DNA of 64,000 bases from Camelus ferus (Eukaryota). How positions within the stretch are numbered: the first letter of the stretch is position 1; each line of letters begins with the position of its first letter. Location of the stretch: NCBI RefSeq assembly GCF_009834535.1, contig NC_045696.1, positions 37,574,001-37,638,000 of the forward strand, in the 5' to 3' direction. The notes beneath the pieces were generated by a model. It searched no databases. It was not told the origin of the DNA and worked only from the letters and a program-made list of their open reading frames with translations. Below are positions 23,381 to 37,229 of the stretch, one piece after another. The position numbers were made by a program, and so were the translations under genes.

Positions 23381-26300
23381 CAGGATATTGAAAGATCAAA
23401 AATTATTTTTAATCACAATTTTTTGCACTTACTGCATTTATAAAGAGAGTAAGCACTTTAAAGAAGAGAGAGTATGCCTTAAAGTATATTATTTGCAAGC
23501 TTTAAGTTCCTTTTTTTCAAACAAGTGAGAATTGCTGTGTTGTAGAAATCCTAAATTAGACAGTGAATTACAAAGAAAACTATAAATGAGGTGCATAGGA
23601 AAGCAGAGACCATGCTCTTGACATTGGAAGTTAATACTATATTACAAAATTAACATTGCCATGATCTGTGGTTTACTTAATTTAGGCTGTTCCATGCATC
23701 TCTCCATTATGTAATGAATGATTAATAAATTTAATTATATATTTTGATAATATAGTATTACAGTATAATAAATGGAGATCAAAACCATAATTACTTGTGT
23801 AGTAAATAATATTATAATTGATTTCTGGTGTTATATATACCCAATATTCTTTTTATCTCTTGCTACTCACCTATAAAATAATTGCATAATTAATAATTAT
23901 AGGAGTGGCAGGTTAATTTTACTTTGAGGCAATTTACATATGAATCAAATCAGTAGTGGCAAAATTCCTAATAAACTTGTAACATTATACAAATAAAGTA
24001 TTGGCACTATCTCTTTCAAGACCTGTAAATTTTAATGAATGACAATATTTAATTAACATTTTTCTCATTTTAAAAAGAGTTTAGTAGAGTGGAAAATACC
24101 TACATTGCCCATGCAGGAGACATAAACCATAAAGAAACTAATTTAAATTCAAAAACCAAACCAAAACAGAATCTTGAAATATGTTTGACTAACATTAAAA
24201 ACTTGCTTTCAAATTCTACAATTGCTCAAATTTTTAAAAAGTGAAAGCTCTTTTTTAAAGTTATAAATATAAAAAAATAAAATCTAAGGATTAATCAAAT
24301 ACTAGATATTTACTCTCATTACTTGAACTTATATTTTTCACTCTGAGAACAATAACACTGTATTAATGATGTAAAATAAAACAGACATTTGAAATACAGC
24401 TTTACATTTTTCTGCTACAAGAAATAATCACATCTAAGGCTTTTAAAGAAGTTGTGTTAAAACGTACAAAAACCTCACAAAATGAAATTAGTTTTTGCCT
24501 TTGAGTTTAGATATATTAATAATTAAAGGTTACTAGAGAAACTAGTTGCAGAGGAGTTCCGGAGTAAACAGAACAAGGCTTGTAAATCTCCGGGAGGTAA
24601 GTTTAATAGTAACTGAACAAGTTTTAATATTTAAGAAATTCATTTATAAGCAGAAATGACTGAATGTTTTGTCCAAAGGCTGAAAAAAAATCAAATATAG
24701 GATAATTTTTACATCATTTTATTTTGAAATTTTACTGTCATCTTTCCTTCTTCACATGTAATACTGTTCTATCTGTGTTACAATTTTGATTGAATGCTTA
24801 TTTAATTTAATTAGGTCAGATTTGGTCTAATACTGAGTCACTTTCATCTGCAACCAGAAAGGGAGCTAGACCTCAAGGTAGATAATGTGTATGTAAAATG
24901 TTCTCATAAACACTTAAAGATATGGAGTCCTAAAGCCTGTAGGCATTAATACCCTTACACCAGGGTCCTGTGTTTTAACATCACTAAATTGGTTCGTATA
25001 TTTTTTTCCCCTTTGGTGAACCATGATGCACTTTTGAAGGTTATTGCCTTATATACTCCCAAGTCATTTTTATAGAAAATGAAATACATCAAAGAATAAT
25101 TGGTTACAGAAATTAGTTATGAAAGTGTAACTGTATATCTGTAATCTAAAGATACATCTCCACTTATTCAATAGCATTTTCTTAAAGTTTTCTCAGTCAC
25201 TATAAAATAATACATTAAAATCACTTATAATTGAAATATGCAAAATAAATTGTTCAAGTAAAACTAAATAAGAGCTTAATATGATCAGTAACAAATGTAT
25301 TTCTAGCCAAATGAATGGTATTTTAATATTGTTTTGGTCACTTACAATGAACATAAGTATGTCTGAATCTACTTAGTCTGTTTTTATTATTCTTATAATT
25401 CTTTATGGCTCATAATGGGTCATTTTTCTTTTAAGAAATGCATTTTCCCTATTAAGAATTCTTTTTTAAAACATGCAACAACATTAAAATATTTGAAAAT
25501 TAGAGCATACTTGTTTAGGAGTATCAAGTTTATTTTTTACTTGCTGTATTTCCAAAGTCAAAGCCATCATACTGAAATTCTCCCTATATGTTATAAATTT
25601 GACATATGTTGTTTATGTACCTGCAGATATTTTTACAACCTTGTATCAAATTAGCATTAAAGTAAGTTGAATCAACACTGTTGCCCAGATATAAATATCA
25701 TACTTATATAATATTTATTTTTATATTCATTGTGGAAATTAAATACAAACTCTCAAAGGTTGAAAATCAATACAAGCAATACCTGATCTAATATCTGAAA
25801 ATCCTGAAGAAATTAACAAATGACATGAAAGTTAAAAGTGAGTAACTGATGAAGAAACCATTTACCAATGTATATCAAATCCTTAGACTCTGTGTATTGA
25901 AGATATAAATACTACAAACTTTCATATTATCAGTTAATAAACCAGATGAGTATTTCAATATACAGATTATTTAATATAATTTAATTTAATATAAGAAAGG
26001 CTAAAAACAGTATTTCATAGGTATGTCCAGCATATGAAATCCAGAAGTATCTTAAAACAATGCTGAGTTTGCAAGCGTGAAATCCCTGGGTCGCTTGGAA
26101 GTATCCATGAAAGAAGAACATGCATTAGGACAACAGAACTTGCAGGTTCTGGGTTCATTTTTATTATGGATGGTGCATCAGTCAATACTTCTTATACCAT
26201 CTTACCATTTCATTTAAAAATGATTTAGTGAGAAAAATCACCATCCACAGCTCATTAAGGAACACAACCTGTGTTTGTCGGACATCATGAAATCTATGAT

Positions 26301-27337
26301 ATTTCACCTTCCCCTCTAACTCACAATAGATAAATAAACACTTACAAAATAATAATCCTATTGAGACTTCAATCCAGCTTTTTAGCTTGGTGTCCCTACA
26401 GTCATAGAGCAGCTATAAGAACTTGGCATCTTTTGCAGGTTACAGAACCCACAGAAGAGTAAGGAATAAAGATCACAAACACTAAATTAATAGAACTTAT
26501 GAAAGTGACACTAGTTAATTCTCTTTAATAAAAACTGTGAAACAGATGAAAAGGGGCAAACTATGCAAACAGTGTTATTTAATGGTCTCAGTCTCTTTCT
26601 TCTGCTTTCCCTTTCACACTTGTTTCACGCTCACATCTTACTCCTTAGGCAAGTCTGCTTGTAATTTTCAAGTCCTAATTTTACCCCAGTTCTAGCTTTA
26701 AACAGACCAATAACTTTCATTGGTCCATTAATAATTAAAATCCTTCTACAAAGTAACTGAATTTTAAAAGAAAATTGTAGAAAGAGAAACAGTTGTCAAA
26801 AATATTTTAAGTATTGGAATTTCAAGTAAAAACAAAAAATTTTACAAAGATTATTAAGAAGGAAAAATTATCATCAAAGTCCTCCAGGCTTGAAATTCTT
26901 TTTTAACTTGTTTCCTTTACTTTTTTCCCTCTCTTTTTAGGAGTAATGAGAAAGTGAGATTTAAAATAGTATTAGGATGGAATTTTGGCGCAGGGAAAAT
27001 ACTATGTAAATTCTGCCTTGGAGCAGCTGCAGCCCTCACACAATGACCACACTAAATAATGGCCAGGGGCAGGTTTGGGTGAGAAAAGTTGACAAAAGGA
27101 ATCATAAAGTAGTGAGACTGGGGCTGTAAAAATCAATTAGAAATCTATTCAGGAAAACCCAAATAATGGGATGGCATATATGCTCTGCGGAAGGACTAGA
27201 TCAGACTAATTTAAAGGATAGTAATAAAGCAGAATAAAAAAGGACATGAGGGTCCATTGAGGAGGAACCAGAAGAAACTGTAGGCCCCTCTAGGGCCTAT
27301 CAAGTCTTCATTTACTTCTACCTTACTTTTCACCAAG

Positions 27338-27849
27338 TGTACTTTTTTTTCCTATCTTGTATAATAAATTAGCATGAAATTAGTGGTTTAAAAACACTCA
27401 CTTATTATCGCACAGCTTTTGTTGGTCCGGGAACAGCTTTCCAGGGTTCTCATTGCTCCTAATTTCACAAGGCAAAAAATCAAAAGCTGGGTGTTGGTCT
27501 CACATGGAGGTTCAACTAAGGAAAGATTTGCTGCCAAGCTCTCTCAGACTGTGGACATAAGTTTTTCTTTGCAGTTGTACAATTCATGACAGTTTTCTTC
27601 TCCAAGTCTACCAAGAGAATCTCCTACTCCTGTCCGTAAATGACAGCCTTAGAGTATAATGTAATTGTGGAAGTGACTCTCCCATCATCTCCGTCATACA
27701 ATATAATCTAACCAAGGGGTGACTGTACTATCCACCCTTGTCATATTTTACTCTCTATAAGGAAGTCACAAATGTCACCACACTTCAGGGGAGGGGATTA
27801 TATAGGAGTGTGGGTCATTAGTGGCCATCTTAGAATTCTGCCTACTACA
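27338..27849 (-). mobile_element. MaLR solo LTR (MLT1E-like)
   Basis: TG...CA ends. Reverse complement starts tgtagtaggcagaattctaagatggcc. Confidence 0.8.
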
Positions 27850-27923
27850 AAAGCTGTGTCACTCTTGAGAAGAAGAACCTTCATCACCACCCTTAAGAAG
27901 AAAAGTGGACAATTTAGTATCAG

Positions 27924-28298
27924 TATTATGGGTAAATTTAATTTCCACTGAAATTCCTATATTGATGTCCTAACCCCCAGTATCTCTGAACATGGCTGTA
28001 TTTGGAGATAGGCTCTTTAAAGAGGCAAGTAAGTTAAAAATGAGGTTATTAGTGTGAGCTCTAATTCAATAGGACTGTGTCTTTGTAAAAAAAGACATAT
28101 ATCAGAGAAAAGATCAGGTGAAAACAAAGAGGAAAGGCTGTCATCTACAAGCCAAGGAGAGAGGCTTCAGAAGAAACTGACACTGTCCATGCCTTGTTTT
28201 CAGACTTCCAGCCTGCAAAATTATAACAAAATAGACTTCTCTTGTCTAAGCCATCTAGTCTGTGGTACTTTGTTATGGCAGCCTGAGCAAACTAAACA
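27924..28298 (+). mobile_element. MaLR solo LTR (MLT1A/B-like)
   Basis: gtcctaacccccagta...gtatttggagatagg...aagccatctagtctgtggtactttgttatggcagcctgagcaaactaaaca. Near-TSD atcag/gtcag. Confidence 0.85.
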
Positions 28299-28564
28299 GT
28301 CAGCTTCCATTGTTCTGATTTCATTACACTTTATAGGAGGGCAGTTTTCCACTGGTAAAATGCTCACGTTTTATGTGGGCATAACAGGACATCATAGCCA
28401 ACTTCCATACTGAATGTGGTCTGTCTGCCTCTAAGTTTCTCCTAGATGGAGTAAAATATTTAATAAAGTACAATTGTCATGAGTGTGTGAAGAGAACTGT
28501 CTTTTAGAGGCTTTCTAGGGGACAAATGCTCAAAATTTATCATTTAAAATGAACACAACATTTG

Positions 28565-29250
28565 ATTCATTCATTACTCATTGTGTACTTACTGAGTGCT
28601 TAAATTACCAGAACTTTTTTGGTATCTAGGACATATCAGTAAACACAACAGACAAAAGTTCCTGTTATAATGAATCATATAATCTAATAGAAAAAGAGAG
28701 AAAATGTAGCAAATAGGTAAATTATAAATTATATATTTAGAAAGTGATAAGCATTGTATGAAAATTCTCTTAAATAAAAAAGAATAGAAGAATGTGTATC
28801 AGGAGTGTAGAATAAGGGGTTGGACATTACTTCACGTGTTGGTCAAAGTAAGACTGAGACGTTAGCATTTGAAAACAGACTTCAACAGGGTAAGGGATTG
28901 CTCTTCCACAATTTACACGGAAACACATATGCTGCCGAAAAAATAGCTAATACAAAGGCCATGTGGCCTGGCGTGCTTGAGAAATGGCAAGAAAGCTCCT
29001 GTGAAGGATGTGAGGTGATGAAGAGATTAATAAGGCATGAATTCTTCTGAATAAAATGGTAAAACTTGGAAGATTTTGAGCAAAGGATGATATCTTGTCT
29101 ACTGAATTGAGGCTAGTTGTAGGGGAGCAAAGAGTAAAGAAGCAAGAGACAATGATCTGGGGGACAGAGGGTGGTGGCTTGGAGATCTGGAAGCAGTGGG
29201 AGTTTTAAAAGGAATATAGCCTGGATGTATTTTAAAGGAATAGACAGGAA
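28565..29250 (-). mobile_element. L2a 3' portion
   Basis: ttcattcatt...ttactgagtgct...cagtaaacacaacagacaaaagttcctg...ctggatgtattttaaaggaatagacagga. Confidence 0.75.
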
Positions 29251-29259
29251 CAATTTTTT

Positions 29260-29710
29260 TCCTCTTCAAATTTATCCTACAAATAGCCTTGCAAAAGTGA
29301 ATGAAGATGTTGTAAAAAGATATGCACTAGATAATGCTTAGTAATAGAAGACAACTGGAAATAGCCTAATGCCTACCAAAAGATGTCTATTTTTTAAATT
29401 CTGCTACATCTATAAAAATAAAATTCAATAATCAATAAAAAAACCAAGTAGGTTTCATAGGTGTTAACATGAAAAAATGCACAAGGCATCTTGATACATA
29501 GAAAATGCAAACTGTGGAATAGTCGCACTGTAATTTGTTTAAACACACAAAAAAATTGTATAAAATGTAAGAATGTATATGGCTAGACATTTCTTAAACT
29601 AATTAACATAAGATAATAAAATTAAATTTAGGAAATGGAGAAAAAACAATGCTCTTCATTTTTATAATTTTCACTACAGTTTAACTTCTATAAAATATTA
29701 TGTGTTAGTT
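29260..29710 (+). mobile_element. L1ME-like fragment
   Basis: tttatcctacaaatagccttgcaaaagtg...gtaatagaagacaactggaaatagcctaatgcc. Confidence 0.55.
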
Positions 29711-30624
29711 TGCTAGTAATACTTATTATTGTATATACTACTTTTTGAAGTAACAAACTGCACTTAACTTTTCTCCCAGCATGAGAATTTTTTACCTTAA
29801 CTTACAAGCAAACCTCATAGCGGTAAGCAGGAGACCAAGGATCATCCTAAAACCGAGCACTGACTTCAGTGAGCAAAGGCTTTAAATAGCATCATAGAAA
29901 ATAAAGGTGTTGCGGTGTTAATACTGGAAAACACACTATGAAAATAAGGCAAAAGTGAAATAAAACCTATCAGCATTTGGTTTTGCTTCTTCATGATGTA
30001 AAAAAGCCTGGTGTGCTACTACATACAGTTGAGTAAAGCACATCTTTTGCTGTCACAGTCGTGCAATGGCTGCCCATCAGAGCTATCTAGAATAAAATTA
30101 TTCTTAAAAAATAAAATATTTAACAGAAATTTCTTTCATGAGGAGCTGCTACATCTGTTACTATTTTTATTTTTCCAGGCTAGTTCTCATTTTTCCATCG
30201 GTTCCAGACTTATGGCTCTTATTTCAGGCTGGCTGTCTGCACTTGCTTTCCCTTCTGTTTTCTAAGTTACTGCTGTTACTGCTCTCTTTCTCCAAATAGG
30301 TTGTCCAGAATGTTCTGGAAGACATCATTGCCCCTTAGGCTTACAACACTCTTGTTTTTGGTGTTTCATTAAACACATAATTGCTATTCCCCAGTTTTTG
30401 TTTGGCTTTTCTTTCAATTTGCATTATTGACTTGGTACTGTGGTAACTTGTTTGTATACTCTAGATCTTATAGTTTGCTTAGTTAGGAAGATACCAGTTA
30501 TAATAAAATCCATTAATGGCATAATCTGTTTCTGATTCCTTTTTCAATAACAAATATTAAAAAGATGTTATGAAGAAAATACAAAGACAGCCATTGATAT
30601 TTGAATGGGGTCAATTTGCTCTGG

Positions 30625-31028
30625 TGCATCAGTTTGCTAAGTTTGCCACAAATAGGGTGGCTTAAATAACAGAAACGCATTTTTTCAGAGTTCTGGAGGC
30701 TACAAGTCTGGGATCAAGGTATCAGCAAGACTGTCTTCTTCTGAAGGTCATGAAGGAAGTATCTGTTTCAGGCTACTCTCCCTGGCTTATAGATGGCTGT
30801 CTTATCTCTGTGTGTTTACATGGTCTTTCCTCTGTACATGCCTTTGCCTAAACTTTCTCTTCCTATAAGAATATCATTCATACTGGATTAGGGCCCACCT
30901 AATGACCTCATTTGAACTTAATCATCTCTTTAAAAACCCTATCATCAAATACTGTCATATTCTGAAGTACTGGGGGATTAGGACTTCAACATACGAATTT
31001 TGCACTAGACAAAATTCAGCTCATAACA
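30625..31028 (-). mobile_element. MaLR solo LTR (MLT1B-like)
   Basis: gggtggcttaaataacagaaa...gttctggaggctacaagtctgggatcaagg...ttaggacttcaacatacgaatttt...ttcagctcataaca. Near-TSD tctgg/cctgg. Confidence 0.85.
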
Positions 31029-31596
31029 CCTGGGTTCTATCTTTAGCACCAAATTTGCTACCACAAAATAGACATTAGATATTATAGGGGAAGTTTGGAG
31101 TGACCCAAGTAAGTAAACTTAAGCTAAGCCTAAGTATTTTTATCTGATGATCAGAGCTGTGATACCCACACACTCTAACAATGAAGTCATGTTGCTAAAG
31201 TATTAATCAATCAATTCAACAGATAATATGTGTCATATACATGCTTTCTTAACATCACAAACTGGCGTCATCTCTTAGAACGTACCATGCTTTGGTGAAG
31301 CCTTGTTCTTCAGGAATCAGCTGAACTTCTATTTGTCAAAAATCCTTCTACTTTTACCCATTCACAATCTCAAGTGTTTAATTTTTATTCCCTCAGTTCA
31401 GAATAAATTTGTATATTGCCCCCACTTTCCAAAAAAACAAAAACAAACAAAAAATCAATTTATTTTCAGTCTACATGGAATTCCTATCAAGACTTTGATG
31501 ATCTATTAAATAATCATTTTAAGGAAATGTTATGTCCTCCTACAATCTTTACTCTTGCTCCCATTATGCACATTAATAGCCACAGTGAAGATGAGT

Positions 31597-32073
31597 TGTA
31601 TTAGATTACTGTTGCTGCTGTAACAAATTTTCATGAACTTTGTTATTGACAATAACAAATTTTTTTTTTTTTAACAATTCTCAAAGTCAGCAGTCAAAAC
31701 AGAGCTCACAGGACTAAAATCAAGGTGTCAGGAGAATTGTGCTTCTTCTGCAGTTTGTAGGGGAGAATCTGTGTCCTTGCCTTTTCCAGATTCTAGGAGC
31801 TGCCTGTTGTTCTTCTGTTTTCAGAGCCAGCAAAGGCCTGTTGAGACTTTCTCATGCTGACATTGATTTTCCTACCTCCCTCTTCAGAATACACTGTGCC
31901 AACCCAGTTAATTTAGGAAAATCTCCCCATGGCAAAGTCAGATGATTAACAACCTTAATTCCTTCCCTGGTCTCAATGCTTCTTTATCATATAATGTAAC
32001 ATATTTAAAGATTCTGGGAATTAGGACATAGACATCTTTGGGAGTAGAAGTGAGGATCACTCTGCCTACTACA
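31597..32073 (-). mobile_element. MaLR solo LTR (MLT1D-like)
   Basis: tgtattag...gctgctgtaacaaatt...ctaaaatcaaggtgtcag...aggggagaatctgtgtccttgccttttccag...tctgcctactaca. Confidence 0.8.
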
Positions 32074-33699
32074 GGCTATGGACCAAGAACTGTTTGATTA
32101 TACATCCTGTACAAAGACATGTTAAACACAGCACATAAAGAGTAAGACTTAATAATTAGGCACTATTATCATTATTATATTGTGAGTGGACCAGTACTAG
32201 CTCAGAGATTTGACAAGGTATTCAGAATTTGATGAGATGGTCAGGATGGTTTCATCACCATTTCCAGTAGGCCACATGGCTATGTAAAACAGGGGAAGCA
32301 GCATTTGGACAGGCTATTACATCTTTTAAAAAATCAAAGATGAACTGAATTTTTGAGCAAATGTTTCATTGCAGACAAATATGTAGAACAGTAAATACAA
32401 ACAGAATCTACAAATAGCAACCACTAATTATAGAGCAGTTTTTGCATGAGGGAGTCTAGAAGGTCTCTTCACAGATGCCACAGCAATGCTGATGAAGTTA
32501 AAAAGTACAACAGCAGACTCAGCTTCACTATTCAGCATGGTCTTCTTCACCATTCCACCACAAAACAGGGTGCTTGACAGTCAGAAATACTGGATGTGAT
32601 GGCTGCCAATCAGGTATGGTCCTGGTGCCTATAGGGAGACTGGGGAGATCCTTGGGGAATACTTTCTATCTCTCAATTTAGTGTTCATAGTTTGTAACCC
32701 TAAACTTCTGCTATTATCCACCTGCCATAATTCTGGGCTTTTGCCAGCTCTACTACCATCCTGAACTATTCATGGAATCTTGCCAGAAATGAATTGATTC
32801 TCCAGAGAAAAACATTCCAGATGACATCATATAACTATAAAATTTAATATACAATTTCAGATTGGTTTTAAAAATTTTCTGTAAATAGTTTGCTTTATTT
32901 ATTCTTAAAGATATGGATATCATATAAAATTAATTTTTATTAAATAATCACTGAATTCCCACTTAATACTATTTTTCAATACAGCATGCTATTCTCATAG
33001 CACATTATGGAAAGTTTAGAGTATATATAAAAATGAAAGTGCAAACCAAATATAAATGAAAAAGGACTATTAAAAATTAGGAAAAAAACAAGTAAAACTT
33101 TTTTACAGCATTTATAAAACACTCTTTTTAAACTAGAAGTTGGTGAACTGTTGCTTATTCAAACAATCTACAGAAAAAACTTTCTATTTTTTGCTTGAAA
33201 AGTGTGAGAAATTCTAGCCTGAAAAGGTACTTGTCATGAAGTTATATACAAATGAAAGTATGAGCTAAGAATAACAGTACCATCTGAACCATAATTATAC
33301 TGCAGTGTTATAATCTGAATCTACAGTAACTTTCTAGAAATAATTATTTTTTAAAAGAGTGAAATCAACTTTTAATACTTTAAAAGTAGTCTAACTCTTA
33401 AGGATATTAAGATGCCAACTCTTTTAAAGTTACTTTTCCTAAAGTTGTTTTATTTTAGATTTATGAGCAAGAGTTGAGCAAAATTGAGCAATAGTTTATA
33501 GGAGTATCTGAATTACAAATATAAAGTTAATTTTAAAGACATCTGAAATGTTTAAAATTCTAAACATACTAGTAACTTGGGTTGTTGGCAAATTCTCCAA
33601 TACACAGATAGAAAAATTTTTATATATTAATGCTTAACTCCTTTTTCACCAACCAAATATTTATCTGGTAAACAATTACACTCAATAATAACAAAATTA

Positions 33700-33852
33700 G
33701 TAACAGCCATAATTCATTTAATATGTAATAATGTATGTTTCAGGTACTCTACTAAGCACTTAAAATATATTGCCTAATTAAAATCTCAAAATAATTATAT
33801 GATGTAGATATTTTGCTTTATAAATTAAGAAGCAAGTTCAGAAAGACTAAAC
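33700..33852 (-). mobile_element. MIR SINE fragment
   Basis: tatgtttcaggtactctactaagcacttaaaatatattgcctaattaaaatctcaaaataattatatgatgtagata. Confidence 0.55.
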
Positions 33853-34794
33853 ATTAAACTTATACATTTGTTTATATTTTGTATTAGTTTTATTTAAGTA
33901 CTATACCATTAAAAAATATGGTACACCTTAAAAATGGTATTTCTTTTCAATCTTTATTTTTAAAATTATTTTGCAACTTAGAACTTTGTTTATTTTATAC
34001 AATTTTAGAAAGGATTTTCTATGGCTAAGAGATAGTGTGCAAAGCAGGAAATGTCAAAATTTTGGCTTTAGATAGATATGTCTTCAGAGAAAAAGTTAAA
34101 AGATTCAACAAAAGAGAACTTTATAATGTAAAGTTTGGGATTAATACACCTACTGCTAATCTAACAGAATCTGACTCTTCAATCCAGCTTAGTTACTGCT
34201 GTCTCTATTATTAGCTCCTTTATATTCAACTGAACCACTCACTCCGAAGAGTTTTATACGGTACAACATGGATGGTTCCTGCACTTCACCTAGCTGGGTA
34301 TTTTCAGTTCCAACTGACTATGAACCTTTGATTCGTAGAGATTCTAGTCAACCCAAAGAATTAAGAGAGTTTAATAGAGCCGTATAAAAAGGTCAGCAGA
34401 TACAAGCAATTTTAACTTTACCAAAAATCGAAGATTCTTATTTCCCAAAATGGAATAGGCAACCAATAATAGTAAACATAAACATGTACTTTTAGGAAAA
34501 TGTCTCATAATTATTGTGTCATAAGTCCCCATCAAATTCATGTACAATTACTTAATTGGTGTATCTAATTATTATATTCAATTTGGGAATAATTTCTTGT
34601 CATTTCTTCATATTATTTAACTATTTTCAAACTCACAAAGGTTTCTAAAATACTATGATTGCTGCATGTTAATCTTATTTCTTCAGTAGTACCTTGAGTT
34701 TGCCTATTTCATCTGAAAGGAGTACTACCCAGGTAGTGTTCAGCAATTTAAAATCTCAACTAGTGTGGAATCACACAGCTTTTGCTTCTATTAT

Positions 34795-37160
34795 AGAAAC
34801 ACAAAAGATCCCAAATAGCCAAAAAATCTTGAGAAAGAAGAACAGAGCTGGAGGAATCACACTCCCTGACTTCAGACTATACCACAAAGTGTATACTACT
34901 ATAAACAAAAAATACTACAAATGCTGGAGAGGGTGTGGAGAAAATAGAATCTTCTTATACTGTTGGTGGGAAGGTAATATGGTATATCCATTATGGAAAA
35001 TAGTATGGCGATTCCTCAAAAAACTAAAAATAGACTTACCATGTGATCCAACAATCCCATTCCTGGGCATATATTCAGATGGATCTTTAATTCAAAAAGA
35101 CACATGCACCCCAATGTTCATAGCAGCACTATTTACAGTAGCCAAGACAAGGAAACAACCTAAATGTCCATCAACAGATGACTGGATAAAGAAGCTGTGG
35201 TATATTTATACTATGGAATACTACTCAGCCATAAAAAATAATAAAATAATGTCATTTGTAGCAACATGGACGGACCTGAAGAATGTCATTCTATGTGAAA
35301 TAAGCCAGAAAGAGAAAGAAAAATGGAAAAATGCCATATGATATCACTTATATCTGGAATCTAAAAAAAAGACACATGAACTTATTTACAAAACAGAAAC
35401 AGACTCACAGACATAGAAAACAAACTTAGAGTTACCAGGGTGAGAAGGGGGTAGGAAGGGATAAATTGGGAGTTCTAGATTTGCAGATACTAATATACAT
35501 AAAATGGATAAACAACAAGTTTATATTGTATAGTACAGGGAACTATATTCAATATCTTGTAACTTATGGTGAAAAAGAATATGAAAATAAATATATGTAC
35601 GTTCCTATATGATTGAAGTATTGTACTGTATATCAGAAACTGACACAACATTGTAAACTGACTATACTTCAATAAAAAAAATATATATTTTAAAAGTTAC
35701 AATAAGCAAAACAGTATGATATTGGTATAAAAACAGACACATAGATCAATGGAACATACTAGAGAGTCCAAGATAAACCTGAACACCTAAGGCCAATTAA
35801 TGTATGAAAAAAGAGGCAAGAATATACAATGGAAAAAAGACAGTCTGTAGTAAGTGGTGCTGGGAAAACTGGACAGCTACATGTAAAAGAAAGAAAGTAG
35901 AATATTCTTTAACACCATATACAAAAATAAACTCAAAATAGATTAAAGACCTAAATGTAAGACCAGATATTATAAAATTCCTAGAGCAAAACACAGGCAG
36001 AAAAATCTCTGACGTAAATCACAGCAGTATTTTTTTTATCCATCTCCTAAACCAAAGAAAATAAAAGCAAAAATAAACAAATGAGACCTAATTAAACTTA
36101 AAAGTTTGTGCACACCAAAGAAAACCATTGACAAAATGAAAAGACAACCTACTGAATGAGGGAAAATATTTGCAAGTAATGTGACCAGTAAGGGATTAAT
36201 ATCCAACATATATAAACAACTCATATGACTCAACATCAAAACAATAAACAACCTGATTGAAAAATGGGAAGAAGAACTGAATAGACATTTTCCCAAAGAG
36301 GAAATGCAGATGGCCAGCAGGCACATGAAAAGATGCTCAACATTCCTAATCATCAGGGAAACACAAATCAAAACCAAAATAAGACATCACCTCATAACTG
36401 TCAGAATGGCTATCACCAAAAAACCCCACAAATAAATGTTAGCAAGGTTTTGGAGAAAAGGAAACCCTAGTACACTGTTGGCAGGGATATATATTGGTGC
36501 AACCATAGAGATTTCTCAAAAAACTAAACATAGAACTACCATATGACCCAGCAATTCCACTCCTGGGTATATATATATGAAAAAAACAAAAATACTAATT
36601 TGAGATATACATACACCAATGTAATTTGCAGCATTATTTACAATTGCCAAGATACGGAAACAACCTAAGTGTCCATCAACAGATGAATGGATATAGATGT
36701 GGTGTATACACACTATGCAATACTACTCAGCCATAAAAAGAACGAGATTTTGCCATTTGCAGCAACACGGATAGACTTGGAGGGTGTTATGCTAACTGAA
36801 ATAAGTCAGATGGAGAAAGACACATACAGTATGATATCACTTATATGTGGAATCTAAAAAATACAGCAAATGAGTGAATATAACAAATGAGAAGCAGACT
36901 TGTAGATATAGAGAACAAACTAGTGGTTACCAGTGGGAAGAGGGAAGAAGTAAGGGGCAATACACGGATAGGAGATGAAGTGGTATAAACTACTAGATAC
37001 AACATAAGCTACAAGAATATACTGTACAATACAGGGAATATAGCCAGTATTTTATAATAGTATAAATGGAATACAACCTTTAAAAATTGTGAATCACTAT
37101 GCTGTAGAGCTGTAACATATAATATTGTATATCAGTTATTCTTCAATACAAGAGAAAAAT
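34795..37160 (+). mobile_element. 5'-truncated older L1 (ORF2 C-terminal half and 3' UTR), split by a younger L1
   Basis: ORF2 sequence ILRKKNRAGGITLPDFRLYHK stops at 34890 and resumes near 35693 (aagttacaataagcaaaacagtatgatattggtataaaaacagacacatagatcaatggaac), continuing to the 3' UTR end near 37150. Confidence 0.92.
34891..35692 (+). mobile_element. Younger camelid-type L1 3' end nested in the older L1
   Basis: ORF2 C-terminus KCWRGCGEN...WYIYTMEYYSAIK, 3' UTR gggataaattgggagttctagatttgcagatactaa, A-rich tail at 35671-35681, short aaagt duplication. Confidence 0.9.
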
Positions 37161-37229
37161 GAAAATATATAAATATTAAAAACACTAATAAAATTTCTAT
37201 GATTACCTTTTCCCCTCAAGAGATACAAA

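Noticed and set aside
34694..35341. 215-aa ORF as a cellular gene
   Set aside because: Explained by flanking DNA plus nested L1 ORF2 fragments; TTG start and degraded Cys motif.
35490..36713. Hydrophobic minus-strand ORFs resembling membrane proteins
   Set aside because: Typical antisense translations of A-rich L1 sequence.
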